This document shows, in pieces, positions 1-8,629 of a DNA stretch of 32,000 bases (position 1 is the first letter of the stretch; each line of letters begins with the position of its first letter). This stretch comes from Candidatus Nanopusillus acidilobi (lineage in GTDB: Archaea > Nanobdellota > Nanobdellia > Nanobdellales > Nanobdellaceae). The stretch covers positions 420,001 to 452,000 of the forward strand of contig CP010514.1 of NCBI GenBank assembly GCA_001552015.1. The letters run 5' to 3'. Under the pieces are notes generated by a model. That model ran no database searches, had not been told where the DNA came from, and saw only the letters and a list, made by a program, of their open reading frames with translations. Position numbers and translations under genes: made by a program.

Positions 1-266
1 ACTCTGTAGATCTAGTCATAATGGTTAACGCATTCCATGATATGGAGAATAAAAATAAGGTAGCTTTAGAAGTAAGTAGAATTCTTAAGCAGGGTGGCCT
101 AGCTTTAATTATAGAGTCTAAACCAGGTTTAACAATGCATGGCCCACCACCATGGTTAAGAATGAGCCCCAATGATGTAATTAAATACTTCAATAATCCT
201 CAATTTAAAGTAGAAGGTATAAAGGATTTAGGAGATTTTAACGCTATAGTAATTAAAAAGCTTTAA
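1..266 (+). CDS. class I SAM-dependent methyltransferase, C-terminal fragment (5' end lies outside the window)
   Basis: The frame is open from base 3, and SVDLVI precedes the listed Met. VDLVIMVNAFHDMEN...ILKQGGLALII resembles the distal motifs of Methyltransf_11/25-type enzymes. Stop TAA is at 264-266, followed by T6 at 268-273. Confidence 0.55.
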   Translation, partial: SVDLVIMVNAFHDMENKNKVALEVSRILKQGGLALIIESKPGLTMHGPPPWLRMSPNDVIKYFNNPQFKVEGIKDLGDFNAIVIKKL

Positions 267-381
267 CTTTTTTAGCTATAGGAATACATTTAACCAATTT
301 ATGAGATATTAATAAATTATCATAATCTATCCAAAAGAATAAAAAATAATTTTTAAGTACAATTTACATAAATAATTTATA

Positions 382-1473
382 ATGAAAAAGGTAGGTGATG
401 TTGAATTAAGATTAGCAAAAGGACCTGTTCCACATTATAGAGAATTAAAAGAATTAGAAAGAAGTATAGTAAAAGTAATTATTGAAGAATTTGGAACAGA
501 AGAATTAATAAAAAGATATTCAAATCCATTATGGTTTAATTCTTTAGCATGTTTACTTGGATTTGAATGGAACTATTCTGGAATGACTACTGTAACACTA
601 AAAGCATTAAAAGAAATATCTATAGAAGACAATTTACCAATAATTGTTTTGGGAGGAAAGGGAAAAGATTCTAAAATAACTGAAGAGATAGAAAAAAGAG
701 ATATAAAGGACAAATTAAAAGATAAGATAAAGGATATATCAATAACTTCTGCAAAAGTTGATAATTATTTAATTCAAGATGGATATAATTTATATTTTCA
801 TTTTTTAATTTCTGACGAAAAAAGCAATATGACTATTATAAATCAAAAAATGTCAATAAAGGAACAAAAAGTCAGAAGATTTCATTGGATAAATATAAAT
901 TATTTTGATGATTCCCAAATTGGTTTTGGATCAAATACAAAAACATTAAATTTAGCATCAAAAGAATCTGAAGAATTAAGGAAAAATATTTTAGAAATAC
1001 TTAATGATGAAAGAATAGAAAAAATAAAAGAATATATAATAAGATTAAAATCATATCAAAATAAAAATAATACTATATTAAAATATATTAATAAAGAAAA
1101 CAATGATTACATATTTTATCAAGAATTACCTTACTATTTGAAGATACCCGATAAAATATATTGGAAAGCATTAGAAATTAATAGGACTGTAGAAAATTTC
1201 AAGGATCTATTATTTATAAAAGGTCTTGGACCTGGATTATTAAGAGCATTAGCATATACTGCAAAAATAATATATGGAAGTGAACTATCATGGAAAGATC
1301 CAATAATATATACATTTGCACATGGAACAAAAGTTGGAAAACCATATTATGTTAAAAAAGCATTAATGTTAGAAGAAGCAGAATTATTAAAGAATGCAAT
1401 TGAAGAAGCAAAAGTTAATAATAATTTTAAGTTAAGATCTTTAAGAAAATTAAATGAATTAATTAATATATGA
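382..1473 (+). CDS. DUF763-family protein (conserved archaeal protein of unknown function)
   Basis: 363-aa ORF. The N-terminal block (EEFGTEELIKRYSNPLWFNSLACLLGFEWNYSGMTT) and C-terminal block (GLGPGLLRALAYTAKIIYG...FAHGTKVGKPYYV) match my recollection of the conserved blocks of Pfam DUF763. This is a memory-based assignment and was not searched. Confidence 0.6.
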   Translation: MKKVGDVELRLAKGPVPHYRELKELERSIVKVIIEEFGTEELIKRYSNPLWFNSLACLLGFEWNYSGMTTVTLKALKEISIEDNLPIIVLGGKGKDSKITEEIEKRDIKDKLKDKIKDISITSAKVDNYLIQDGYNLYFHFLISDEKSNMTIINQKMSIKEQKVRRFHWININYFDDSQIGFGSNTKTLNLASKESEELRKNILEILNDERIEKIKEYIIRLKSYQNKNNTILKYINKENNDYIFYQELPYYLKIPDKIYWKALEINRTVENFKDLLFIKGLGPGLLRALAYTAKIIYGSELSWKDPIIYTFAHGTKVGKPYYVKKALMLEEAELLKNAIEEAKVNNNFKLRSLRKLNELINI

Positions 1474-1508
1474 AAAATTTATAAAATAATGGTGTTATAT
1501 ATTACTAA

Positions 1509-2213
1509 ATGGCTGAAGAAATTTTAAGTGAGGAAGATAAACAAACATTAAAAGAAATGTTCGACAAAAGCTTGAAGAACCCGGTAGAAATAACTGTATA
1601 CTTGGATGAAAAAAATAATAAGGAAACTAGTGATTTTGCAAGAAAAATTGGAGAACTATTAATGCAAATAAATGATAAGATAAAGTTTGAATTCCTAGAT
1701 GCATATGATCCAAAGGTAGAAGAAGAAATGAAAAGCAAGAATTTATTAATAGATAAATATGGAAATAGAAGAGGTCCAATATTTGTATTCAAGAAATATC
1801 CAGGAATTATATATTATGGATTACCATCTGGAGAAGAATTTCCAATATTTTTAGAAGATATAATACATGTATCAAATGAACATTTTGACATAGATGGAGC
1901 TACAGCAAAGAAATTGGCATTAATAAATGAACCTTTAGATATATATGTATTTGTAACTCCAACATGTCCATATTGTCCATATATGACACATCATTCCCAT
2001 CAATTTGCAATGGTAAAAAATAATATTAGAGGAATAATGATCGAATCATATGAATTTCCAGAGTTTGCTGAAAAATTCAAAGTATATGGTGTACCACATA
2101 TTGCAATAATAGATAAAGACGGAAATACTATAACAGAATGGGAGGGGGCTATTGCAGAAATGGAAATATTTGCTAACAAAATAAAAGAAAGCTTAGAAAA
2201 AGTTTCTAAATAG
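1509..2213 (+). CDS. protein disulfide oxidoreductase (PDO, glutaredoxin-like, two thioredoxin folds)
   Basis: 234 aa, the typical PDO size. The C-terminal half has VTPTCPYCPY (CPYC active site) and a VYGVPHIAI cis-Pro loop. The N-terminal half is thioredoxin-fold-like but contains no cysteine. Confidence 0.8.
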   Translation: MAEEILSEEDKQTLKEMFDKSLKNPVEITVYLDEKNNKETSDFARKIGELLMQINDKIKFEFLDAYDPKVEEEMKSKNLLIDKYGNRRGPIFVFKKYPGIIYYGLPSGEEFPIFLEDIIHVSNEHFDIDGATAKKLALINEPLDIYVFVTPTCPYCPYMTHHSHQFAMVKNNIRGIMIESYEFPEFAEKFKVYGVPHIAIIDKDGNTITEWEGAIAEMEIFANKIKESLEKVSK

Positions 2214-2250
2214 ATATATTTTTATAAATTTTGACATATATTGGATTTTT

Positions 2251-2700
2251 ATGTTGGATAACTATAGAATAATTGATACAAAAGATAATCCAATAACAAC
2301 AATAGGTACTGGAATATATATTTTCCATATATCCGAAGCTTCATATTTTAATATTAAAAACCCCGAAAACCCAATTGAAGTAATTGCAAGTATATATATA
2401 CCACAAAATCCATATGAAAAAATTATTGAAGATTTAGCAAAATATAACAAAAAAATATCAGATTCATATAAATTAGATGGAATTATTATTGGCATTTCTC
2501 ATAGAGGACCCCGATATAATCAACTAGAAAGGAAAATAAATAGAAAACCAGTAGAAATTTTATCAGATGACAGTTTAATAAGTAAAGTAGAAATGATAAC
2601 AAATAATAATGCTTTATATCAATTAATAAATAATAAAGGAGACATTGAAATAGCCGTTAAAATAAATATTTTCCAAAATTATCAAAGCCTTGATTTATAA
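2251..2700 (+). CDS. hypothetical protein (149 aa)
   Basis: A long ORF in a genome where stop triplets are very frequent. Same strand as the flanking redox genes. No motif recognised. Confidence 0.6.
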   Translation: MLDNYRIIDTKDNPITTIGTGIYIFHISEASYFNIKNPENPIEVIASIYIPQNPYEKIIEDLAKYNKKISDSYKLDGIIIGISHRGPRYNQLERKINRKPVEILSDDSLISKVEMITNNNALYQLINNKGDIEIAVKINIFQNYQSLDL

Positions 2701-2723
2701 AATTTTTTGAATATCTTTTTTCT

Positions 2724-3695
2724 ATGCCAATAAGTTTATCACTAGGCAATATATCTACCACAGAAAATCTAGATAAAGAATGGGATGTAATTATTGTAGG
2801 AGGAGGTCCTGCAGGTTATTCTGCTGCATTATATTGCGGAAGATATAGATTAAAAACATTGATAATAACGAAAGATATTGGAGGAACATTAAATGATGCA
2901 GATATTGTTGATGATTATCCCGGATTAGAAAACATTAAAGGATCTGAAATGGGAAAAATATTTAAAAAACATGCAGAAAAATATGGAGCAAAAACATTAC
3001 TAGAAAGCGTTGTTAGAATTGAAAAGTTACCTGATGGAAATTTTAAAGTTCTTACTAATCTAGGTAAAGAATTTATTGCAAAAGCTATTATAATTGCAAC
3101 AGGCTCTCAAAGAAGAAAATTGGGTGTTCCTGGAGAGAATTTAAAAGGCGTATCATATTGCGCAGAATGTGATGCTCCAATTTTTAAAGATAAAATCGTT
3201 GGAGTAGTTGGTGGAGGAAATAGCGCATTCCATGATGCTCAAGTACTAGCACAGCATGCAAAAGAAGTATATATAATTCATAGAAGAGATGAATTTAGAG
3301 CAGATCCTGTAGAAGTTGAAGAAGCAAAAAAGAATCAAAAAATTAAATTTATACTAAATAAAGTTGTAAAAGAAATAAAAGGAACCGAAAAGGTTGAAGA
3401 AGTAGTTTTGCAAGATACAAAAACAGGAGAAATTAGCTCAATGAAATTGGATGGATTATTTGTAGCAATAGGATTAGTTCCATTATCTGAAATAGTTAAG
3501 AGTTTAAATGTAAATATGGATGAAAGTGGACATATAATTGTAGATCAATGTGGAAAAACAAATGTAGTAGGATTGCTTGCTGCAGGGGATGTAACAACTC
3601 AGATATGCAATTTAAGACAGGTTGTTACTTCAGCAGCACAAGGTGCTGTAGCTGCATATAGTGCTTTCCTGTATATTAAAACAAAGAAATGGTAA
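2724..3695 (+). CDS. trxB: thioredoxin-disulfide reductase
   Basis: FAD motif VIIVGGGPAGYSAA, redox-active CAECD, second dinucleotide motif VVGGGNSAFHDA, HRRDEFRA NADPH signature, and C-terminal AAGDV. Confidence 0.9.
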   Translation: MPISLSLGNISTTENLDKEWDVIIVGGGPAGYSAALYCGRYRLKTLIITKDIGGTLNDADIVDDYPGLENIKGSEMGKIFKKHAEKYGAKTLLESVVRIEKLPDGNFKVLTNLGKEFIAKAIIIATGSQRRKLGVPGENLKGVSYCAECDAPIFKDKIVGVVGGGNSAFHDAQVLAQHAKEVYIIHRRDEFRADPVEVEEAKKNQKIKFILNKVVKEIKGTEKVEEVVLQDTKTGEISSMKLDGLFVAIGLVPLSEIVKSLNVNMDESGHIIVDQCGKTNVVGLLAAGDVTTQICNLRQVVTSAAQGAVAAYSAFLYIKTKKW

Positions 3696-3985
3696 AAATT
3701 GAAGATATATTAAACAAATTAAGAGAAGTAACAGACCCTGAACTTGGATATGATATAATATCTTTAGGAGAAATAGAAGATGTTAGAGAAGAAAATGGAG
3801 AATATATTATAAAATTCTTACCTACATCACCTCTTTGCCCATTTATATCTGCAATTTTAGAACAAATAGATGAAAAATTGAAAGAATTAAATATATACGA
3901 AAATTCAAAGATAGAGATAGATTTTGAAAATAAATGGAGTTTAGATAGAATAAGCCCAGAAGTAAGAAAACAATTGGGAATATAA
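3689..3985 (+). CDS. DUF59/MIP18 (SufT-like) Fe-S cluster assembly family protein
   Basis: VTDPELGYDIISLGEIEDV and PTSPLCPF blocks are typical of DUF59. The ATG overlaps the trxB 3' end by 7 nt. Confidence 0.75.
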   Translation: MVKIEDILNKLREVTDPELGYDIISLGEIEDVREENGEYIIKFLPTSPLCPFISAILEQIDEKLKELNIYENSKIEIDFENKWSLDRISPEVRKQLGI

Positions 3986-4353
3986 TGGACAATAAAATTA
4001 AAAAAGAATTTGAAATGTTTTGTAAAATAAGCGGAGGAGAATATAGAGAAGGGACATATATAGAATGTGTAAAAGATAAATATTATATTAGGCTATCTGA
4101 AGAAAATGGATTAACATTCATGGCAGGTTCAAATATAACCTCAGATTTCGAAATATTGAATATAAAAGATTGTAAAATAGTTGATTGCGAAAGATTAACA
4201 AAAAGTAATGAAATGAATGAACTAGAATATTATATATTTAATATTTACTTAGATAAAGGTTTATTATCAATAAGAAGAAAAATAAAAGAGGATAAAATTA
4301 TTATATATTTAAAGACTTCAGAAATTGAATATGAATCTTCAATAGTATTTTAA
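3985..4353 (+). CDS. hypothetical protein (122 aa)
   Basis: The ATG shares its A with the upstream TAA (TAATG at 3983-3987), implying translational coupling to trxB-DUF59. No motif recognised. Confidence 0.6.
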   Translation: MDNKIKKEFEMFCKISGGEYREGTYIECVKDKYYIRLSEENGLTFMAGSNITSDFEILNIKDCKIVDCERLTKSNEMNELEYYIFNIYLDKGLLSIRRKIKEDKIIIYLKTSEIEYESSIVF

Positions 4354-4379
4354 AATTTTTACAAAAATATTAAATGAAA

Positions 4380-4452
4380 GGGACCGTGGTCTAGTGGCTA
4401 TGACGCCACCCTTACAAGGTGGAGGTCCGGGGTTCGAATCCCCGCGGTCCCA
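4380..4452 (+). tRNA. tRNA-Val (anticodon UAC)
   Basis: GGGACCG/CGGTCCC acceptor stem, anticodon stem CCACC/GGTGG with loop CTTACAA, T arm CGGGG-TTCGAAT-CCCCG, discriminator A. 73 nt, no encoded CCA, no intron. Confidence 0.93.
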
Positions 4453-4455
4453 AGA

Positions 4456-4466
4456 TTTATAAATAA
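4456..4466 (+). promoter_or_regulatory. TATA-box-like element upstream of rpoD
   Basis: ATTTATAAATA is centred about 24 nt upstream of the ATG at 4485, consistent with a leaderless archaeal transcript. It begins 4 nt after the tRNA-Val 3' end. The AT-rich background lowers specificity. Confidence 0.4.
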
Positions 4467-4484
4467 TTTTTATAAAAATCTTAA

Positions 4485-5258
4485 ATGCCAGAAATATCAT
4501 TGTTAGAAAAAGCCACTGATAAATATGCAGTTGATAAAGATAAAAAAATATATAAGTTAAAATTATTGATAAAGGATGTAACTCCAAATTTCTTAAATGT
4601 TTTAAGAAGAGCAATATTAGAAGAAGTAAAAACATTAGCAATTGAGGATGTTTATATTATAGAAAATAGTTCTGCAATTTGGGATGAAATGCTAGCACAT
4701 AGATTAGGTTTGATCGTATTAAATACTCCTGAAAATATTAAAGAAAATGAGGAAGTAAAATTTTATTTAGAAAAAAATGAAAAGGGATATGTATATGGAT
4801 CTGATTTAAAAACAGATAGGGAAGATGCATATGTAATTTATCCAGAAACAATGATTGCCTATATTGATGAAAATCAAAAAATAAAATTAGAAGCTGTTGC
4901 AGTACTTGGTAATGGAAAACAGCATGCAAAATTTATACCTGGACATGTTTATTATTATAGAACTGGAGAACTTAAATTAGAAGGAAAATTGGATGAAAAA
5001 GAATTGGAAAATCTAAAATTGTTAGGAGTAGAAATAAAGAAAAATAAAATACAAATACCAAAAGAAAAAGAATATGATAGAACTTTTTTAGATGCAATAG
5101 AAAGGGCTTCAAATGAAAAGATAAAGGTTATACCAAAAGATGAATTTGTTTTTATTATAGAATCATTTGGACAATACTCAGCAGAAAAGTTAATACCTTT
5201 AGCTATTAAAGAATTAAGAAATAAATTAAATAATTTATTAGAATTTTTATCTAAATAA
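4485..5258 (+). CDS. rpoD: DNA-directed RNA polymerase subunit D (Rpo3)
   Basis: LLIKDVTPNFLNVLRRAILEEVKTLAIEDVYIIENSSAIWDEMLAHRLGLIVL is the conserved dimerisation-domain block of archaeal RpoD and eukaryotic RPB3. The 257-aa size fits. The protein has no cysteines, so no Fe-S domain. Confidence 0.85.
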   Translation: MPEISLLEKATDKYAVDKDKKIYKLKLLIKDVTPNFLNVLRRAILEEVKTLAIEDVYIIENSSAIWDEMLAHRLGLIVLNTPENIKENEEVKFYLEKNEKGYVYGSDLKTDREDAYVIYPETMIAYIDENQKIKLEAVAVLGNGKQHAKFIPGHVYYYRTGELKLEGKLDEKELENLKLLGVEIKKNKIQIPKEKEYDRTFLDAIERASNEKIKVIPKDEFVFIIESFGQYSAEKLIPLAIKELRNKLNNLLEFLSK

Positions 5259-5288
5259 ACTTATAAATAAATATTATATAATTTATTA

Positions 5289-5627
5289 ATGGACTGGAAG
5301 AAGGTTGTTTTAGCTTCTGTGTTTTCGGTATTAGTATCTATAGTATCACAGGAAATAGGAGCAGCAGTAGCAGTATCATTACTAATATATATGCTAGTAA
5401 AGGAGATGGATAAATGCATTATATCAAATCTTGGATTAACATTAGAATTTGCAGGAATCCTAATATATATAATGGGAATTCTATTACAGCCATTATATTC
5501 AAGCTACCAATCAATAGTTCAAGCTGGAGTTTACCTATTAGTAATAGGTCTAGTACTATTAATAATAGGATTGTTAGTAGTTATGTTAGTTAAAAATAAG
5601 GTAAAAGAAAACATATACGAAGCATAG
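5289..5627 (+). CDS. small integral membrane protein (112 aa, about 3-4 TM helices)
   Basis: Hydrophobic stretches VVLASVFSVLVSIV, GAAVAVSLLIYML, FAGILIYIMGILL and VYLLVIGLVLLIIGLLVVMLV. No family recognised. Confidence 0.6.
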   Translation: MDWKKVVLASVFSVLVSIVSQEIGAAVAVSLLIYMLVKEMDKCIISNLGLTLEFAGILIYIMGILLQPLYSSYQSIVQAGVYLLVIGLVLLIIGLLVVMLVKNKVKENIYEA

Positions 5628-5630
5628 TCC

Positions 5631-5641
5631 CTTTATATATT
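5631..5641 (+). promoter_or_regulatory. TATA-box-like element upstream of valS
   Basis: CTTTATATATT is centred about 26 nt upstream of the ATG at 5662, the spacing expected for a leaderless transcript. Confidence 0.4.
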
Positions 5642-5661
5642 TTTTTATATATATTTTTTGA

Positions 5662-7897
5662 ATGGATAAGAGACCCGATTATAAAATAATCGAAAAAGAA
5701 ATATTAGATCTTTGGAATAAAAATAAGGAAATTTTCAGATTTAATATTAATGAAGATAAAATATATATAATAGATACTCCACCTCCATTTACTTCTGGAG
5801 AAGCACATATGGGTCATGCTCTAGAATTTATATGGATAGATTTTTTGGCTAGATATAAAAGATTAGAAGGATATAATGTACTTTTTCCTTTGGGATTTGA
5901 TTGTCATGGTTTGCCAACAGAATTAAAAGTTATAAATAAATTAAAGATATCGAAAGAGAATAAGGAACAATTTATAAAAGCATGTATTGATTGGACAAAT
6001 AAAATGATTGAATCTATGTATAAAACGTTTGAAAGATTAGGATCATCTTTTGATAGAGATAAAGTATATAAAACAATTGATAGAAAATATGAAGCCTTTG
6101 TTCAATATACATTGATAAAAATGCTTAATGATGGTTTAATTGAAAGAAAGAGATATCCAATAATGTGGTGCCCAAAATGCCAAACAGCAATTTCAATGCA
6201 AGAAGCTGGATATTTAGAAAAAGAAGGATATCTAATATATATAAAATTACCAACAAATAACGGAAAATATATATTAATAGCAACAACAAGACCAGAATTA
6301 ATTAATTCATGTTCATTAATATTAATTGCAAAAAATAAATATGTAGAAACTGAAAATAATTTAATTGTATCAAAAATATATGCAGAAAAAAATAATTTAA
6401 AGATTATAAGAGAATATGATTATAAAGAATTAGAAAATATAGAAGTTACAATTCCATTAATCAATAGAAAAGTAAAAATTATTTCAGATAATGATGTAGA
6501 TTATAATTTTGGTACAGGAATTGTATGGGTATGTACATATGGAGATCCTCATGATATAAAATGGAAAGAAAAATATAATTTACCTGAAATAATTTCTATA
6601 TCTGAAGATGGAAGAATAATATCAAATATAAATGAAATAAATGGATTAAAAATTGAAGAGGCAAGAGAAAAAATAAAAGAAATATTAAAGGATTATATAT
6701 ATAAAATAGAAAAAATAAAACATAGTGTATTATCACATACTGAAAGATCTGACTGTTTATCACCATTAGAATTTATTCCAAAGGAACAATTCTTTATAAA
6801 AATAAAAGATTTAAAAGAAAAAATATTGGAATGGCAAAAAAATATTAAAATAATTCCTGAAAGTGAAGTAAAAAGATTAATTGATTGGATAAATAATATA
6901 GACCAGGATTGGAATATCTCTAGAACAAAAATGATATGGGGTCTCACATTTCCATTTTATGAAAAAGATGGAAAAATATATCCAGTAAATATAGAAGATT
7001 TACCAATTGATCCAAGAATAGATAAAGAAAAAATGAAAAAATACGATGGAAAATTCTTTGAAGATGAAACTGTTGATGTATGGATTGAATCCTCAATAAC
7101 ACCTTTAATAATATTATATTACGCATTAACTGAAAATAAAGAATTTAATCCAAAAGAATTGCCAGAATTATTTAATAAGATAAAGGAATATTTGCCTGTA
7201 GATTTAAGACAACAAGGATATGAAATAATAAGAACATGGCTATTTGATACAATTGTAAGGGTAAATTTATTAACAAATAAAAGCCCATGGAAGTATGTAT
7301 TAATTCATGGAATGGTATTGGATGAAAAGGGAAGAAAAATGTCAAAATCACTGGGAAATGCAATAAATCCAAATGAGATAATGGACAAATATTCTCCAGA
7401 TGCTTTAAGATATTGGGCTTTATTAGCTGCACCAGGTAATGACTATAGATTTAGTATAAAAGATATTGAATCTGGACAAGCATTTATAATAAAATTATGG
7501 AATATTGGAAGATATATTGAAATGAATATAAAAGAAAAGCCAGAAAAAATTTTAGAATTAAAAGATGAAGACAAAGAGATAATAAAAATATTAGAAGAAA
7601 ATATTAAAAAATCTAAAGAATATATTGATCAATTTAGATATTCTGAATATTTAAAATTATGGAGAAAATTTACATGGGAAGATTTTGCAAATAATTATTT
7701 AGAAAAAATAAAGGAAAGGATAAAAAATAATGACAAAACTGCAAAATATTTATTATATACTATATATAAAAATAATTCTAATTATGTTACATCCAATTTT
7801 CCCATATATAACAGAATATATATATCAACAATTATATAGAGAAAATAAATTAATAATTGAAAATAAAATTAATGAAATAAAAGATTTACTTACTTAA
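5662..7897 (+). CDS. valS: valine--tRNA ligase, interrupted by a +1 frame change near 7768-7772
   Basis: PPPFTSGEAHMGHA (HMGH) followed by ARYKRLEGYNVLFPLGFDCHGLPTE. Also WCPKCQTAIS, TTRPEL, GTGIVWVCTYGDPHD and KMSKS. The listed ORF stops at 7839 with a non-homologous tail. The +1 frame reads ...IILIMLHPIFPYITEYIYQQLYRENK... and stops at 7895-7897. That segment is the conserved ValRS anticodon-domain block (LhPfmPfiTEe). Confidence 0.85.
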
Positions 7898-7923
7898 TAG
7901 AGTGATTTAAAAATATAATAAAA

Positions 7924-8589
7924 TTATCTTATAAAACCTTCAGCCAATTCCTTTATTTTTTCATAAAAATTATTAGCCTTAGTAACTGCAGAAGCTAATA
8001 ATACACCTTCAGCTCCAAATTCCAATGCTTTTTTTACATCTTCTTTATTACTTATACCAGCACCGACCAATACTTTAATATTTGAATTAATTTCTTTTAT
8101 CATCTTAACAGAATTTATTACTATCTCAGGTCTTGCAGTTGATACAGAAATTCCAGTTCCTATTAATTCTGGCGGTTCTACAGCAACATAATCTGGATTT
8201 AATTTTGCAACTGCAGCAGCTACAATATTATCATTTGCACATACTACTGTAATTAAACCTAACCTTTTTGCTATATTTATTGCCTTTTCTATATCTATAA
8301 TTTTCATTGGTTTTTCTGAATGATTTATTAAAGTTCCAACAGCACCAGCCTCTTTTACAGCTTCGGGTAATATATATCCTGTATAAGCACCTGGCTCAAT
8401 TGGATCTATATGTTGTGAAAATATTTTTACTTTCTTTGCATTTCTTGATAATAAATATATATCAGTAAATTGCGGAGCAATTCCTATATCAATATTATAT
8501 TCTTCAGAGACTTTTTCAGCAGCTTCTAATAATTCTAATCCCCTTTTTCCAATTGTTTCTATATAAGATTTTAAATTTATAAGCAACAT
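7924..8589 (-). CDS. tpiA: triosephosphate isomerase, short archaeal type
   Basis: 221 aa. LINLKSY..., INHSE, YVAVEPPELIGTG and LVGAGIS are typical of archaeal TIM. Confidence 0.9.
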   Translation of the reverse strand: MLLINLKSYIETIGKRGLELLEAAEKVSEEYNIDIGIAPQFTDIYLLSRNAKKVKIFSQHIDPIEPGAYTGYILPEAVKEAGAVGTLINHSEKPMKIIDIEKAINIAKRLGLITVVCANDNIVAAAVAKLNPDYVAVEPPELIGTGISVSTARPEIVINSVKMIKEINSNIKVLVGAGISNKEDVKKALEFGAEGVLLASAVTKANNFYEKIKELAEGFIR

Positions 8590-8629
8590 TTTATAATTTA
8601 TAAAATTCGTAAATTTATAAAAATTTATA
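8590..8629. promoter_or_regulatory. 40-bp divergent promoter region (tpiA / P-type ATPase)
   Basis: The whole spacer is TTTATAATTTATAAAATTCGTAAATTTATAAAAATTTATA. TTTATAAA-type elements lie about 25-32 nt from each start codon on the appropriate strand. Confidence 0.45.

Noticed and set aside
1505-1792. Antisense or alternate-frame ORFs of 60-112 aa inside larger genes. The listed span is one example. Others are 2262-2495, 4738-4929, 6693-7432, 9030-9344, 9883-10221, 11923-12120, 14606-15833, 19469-19783, 22593-22922, 23455-23721, 24192-24437, 25697-25891, 29521-29748 and 30358-30558.
   Set aside because: All are embedded in longer ORFs with clear homology or coherent structure. Their translations are F/L/I/S/Y-rich low-complexity strings without motifs.
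4339-4641. 100-aa minus-strand ORF from the track
   Set aside because: It runs antisense through tRNA-Val (the GDSNPGPPPCKGGVIATRPRS part is simply the tRNA complement) and into the rpoD 5' end. The rest is low-complexity F/L/I sequence typical of antisense AT-rich DNA.
4485-5258. RpoD without any cysteine (no 4Fe-4S domain)
   Set aside because: As far as I recall, cluster-less subunit D occurs in several archaeal lineages. I therefore recorded it as a property rather than an anomaly.
7924-8589. Locally high G+C (about 23/60 in sample lines) in tpiA, and also in trxB (2724-3695), as possible evidence of horizontal transfer
   Set aside because: The enrichment comes from Gly/Ala-rich conserved motifs at first and second codon positions. 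Third positions remain almost exclusively A/T, like the rest of the native genes.
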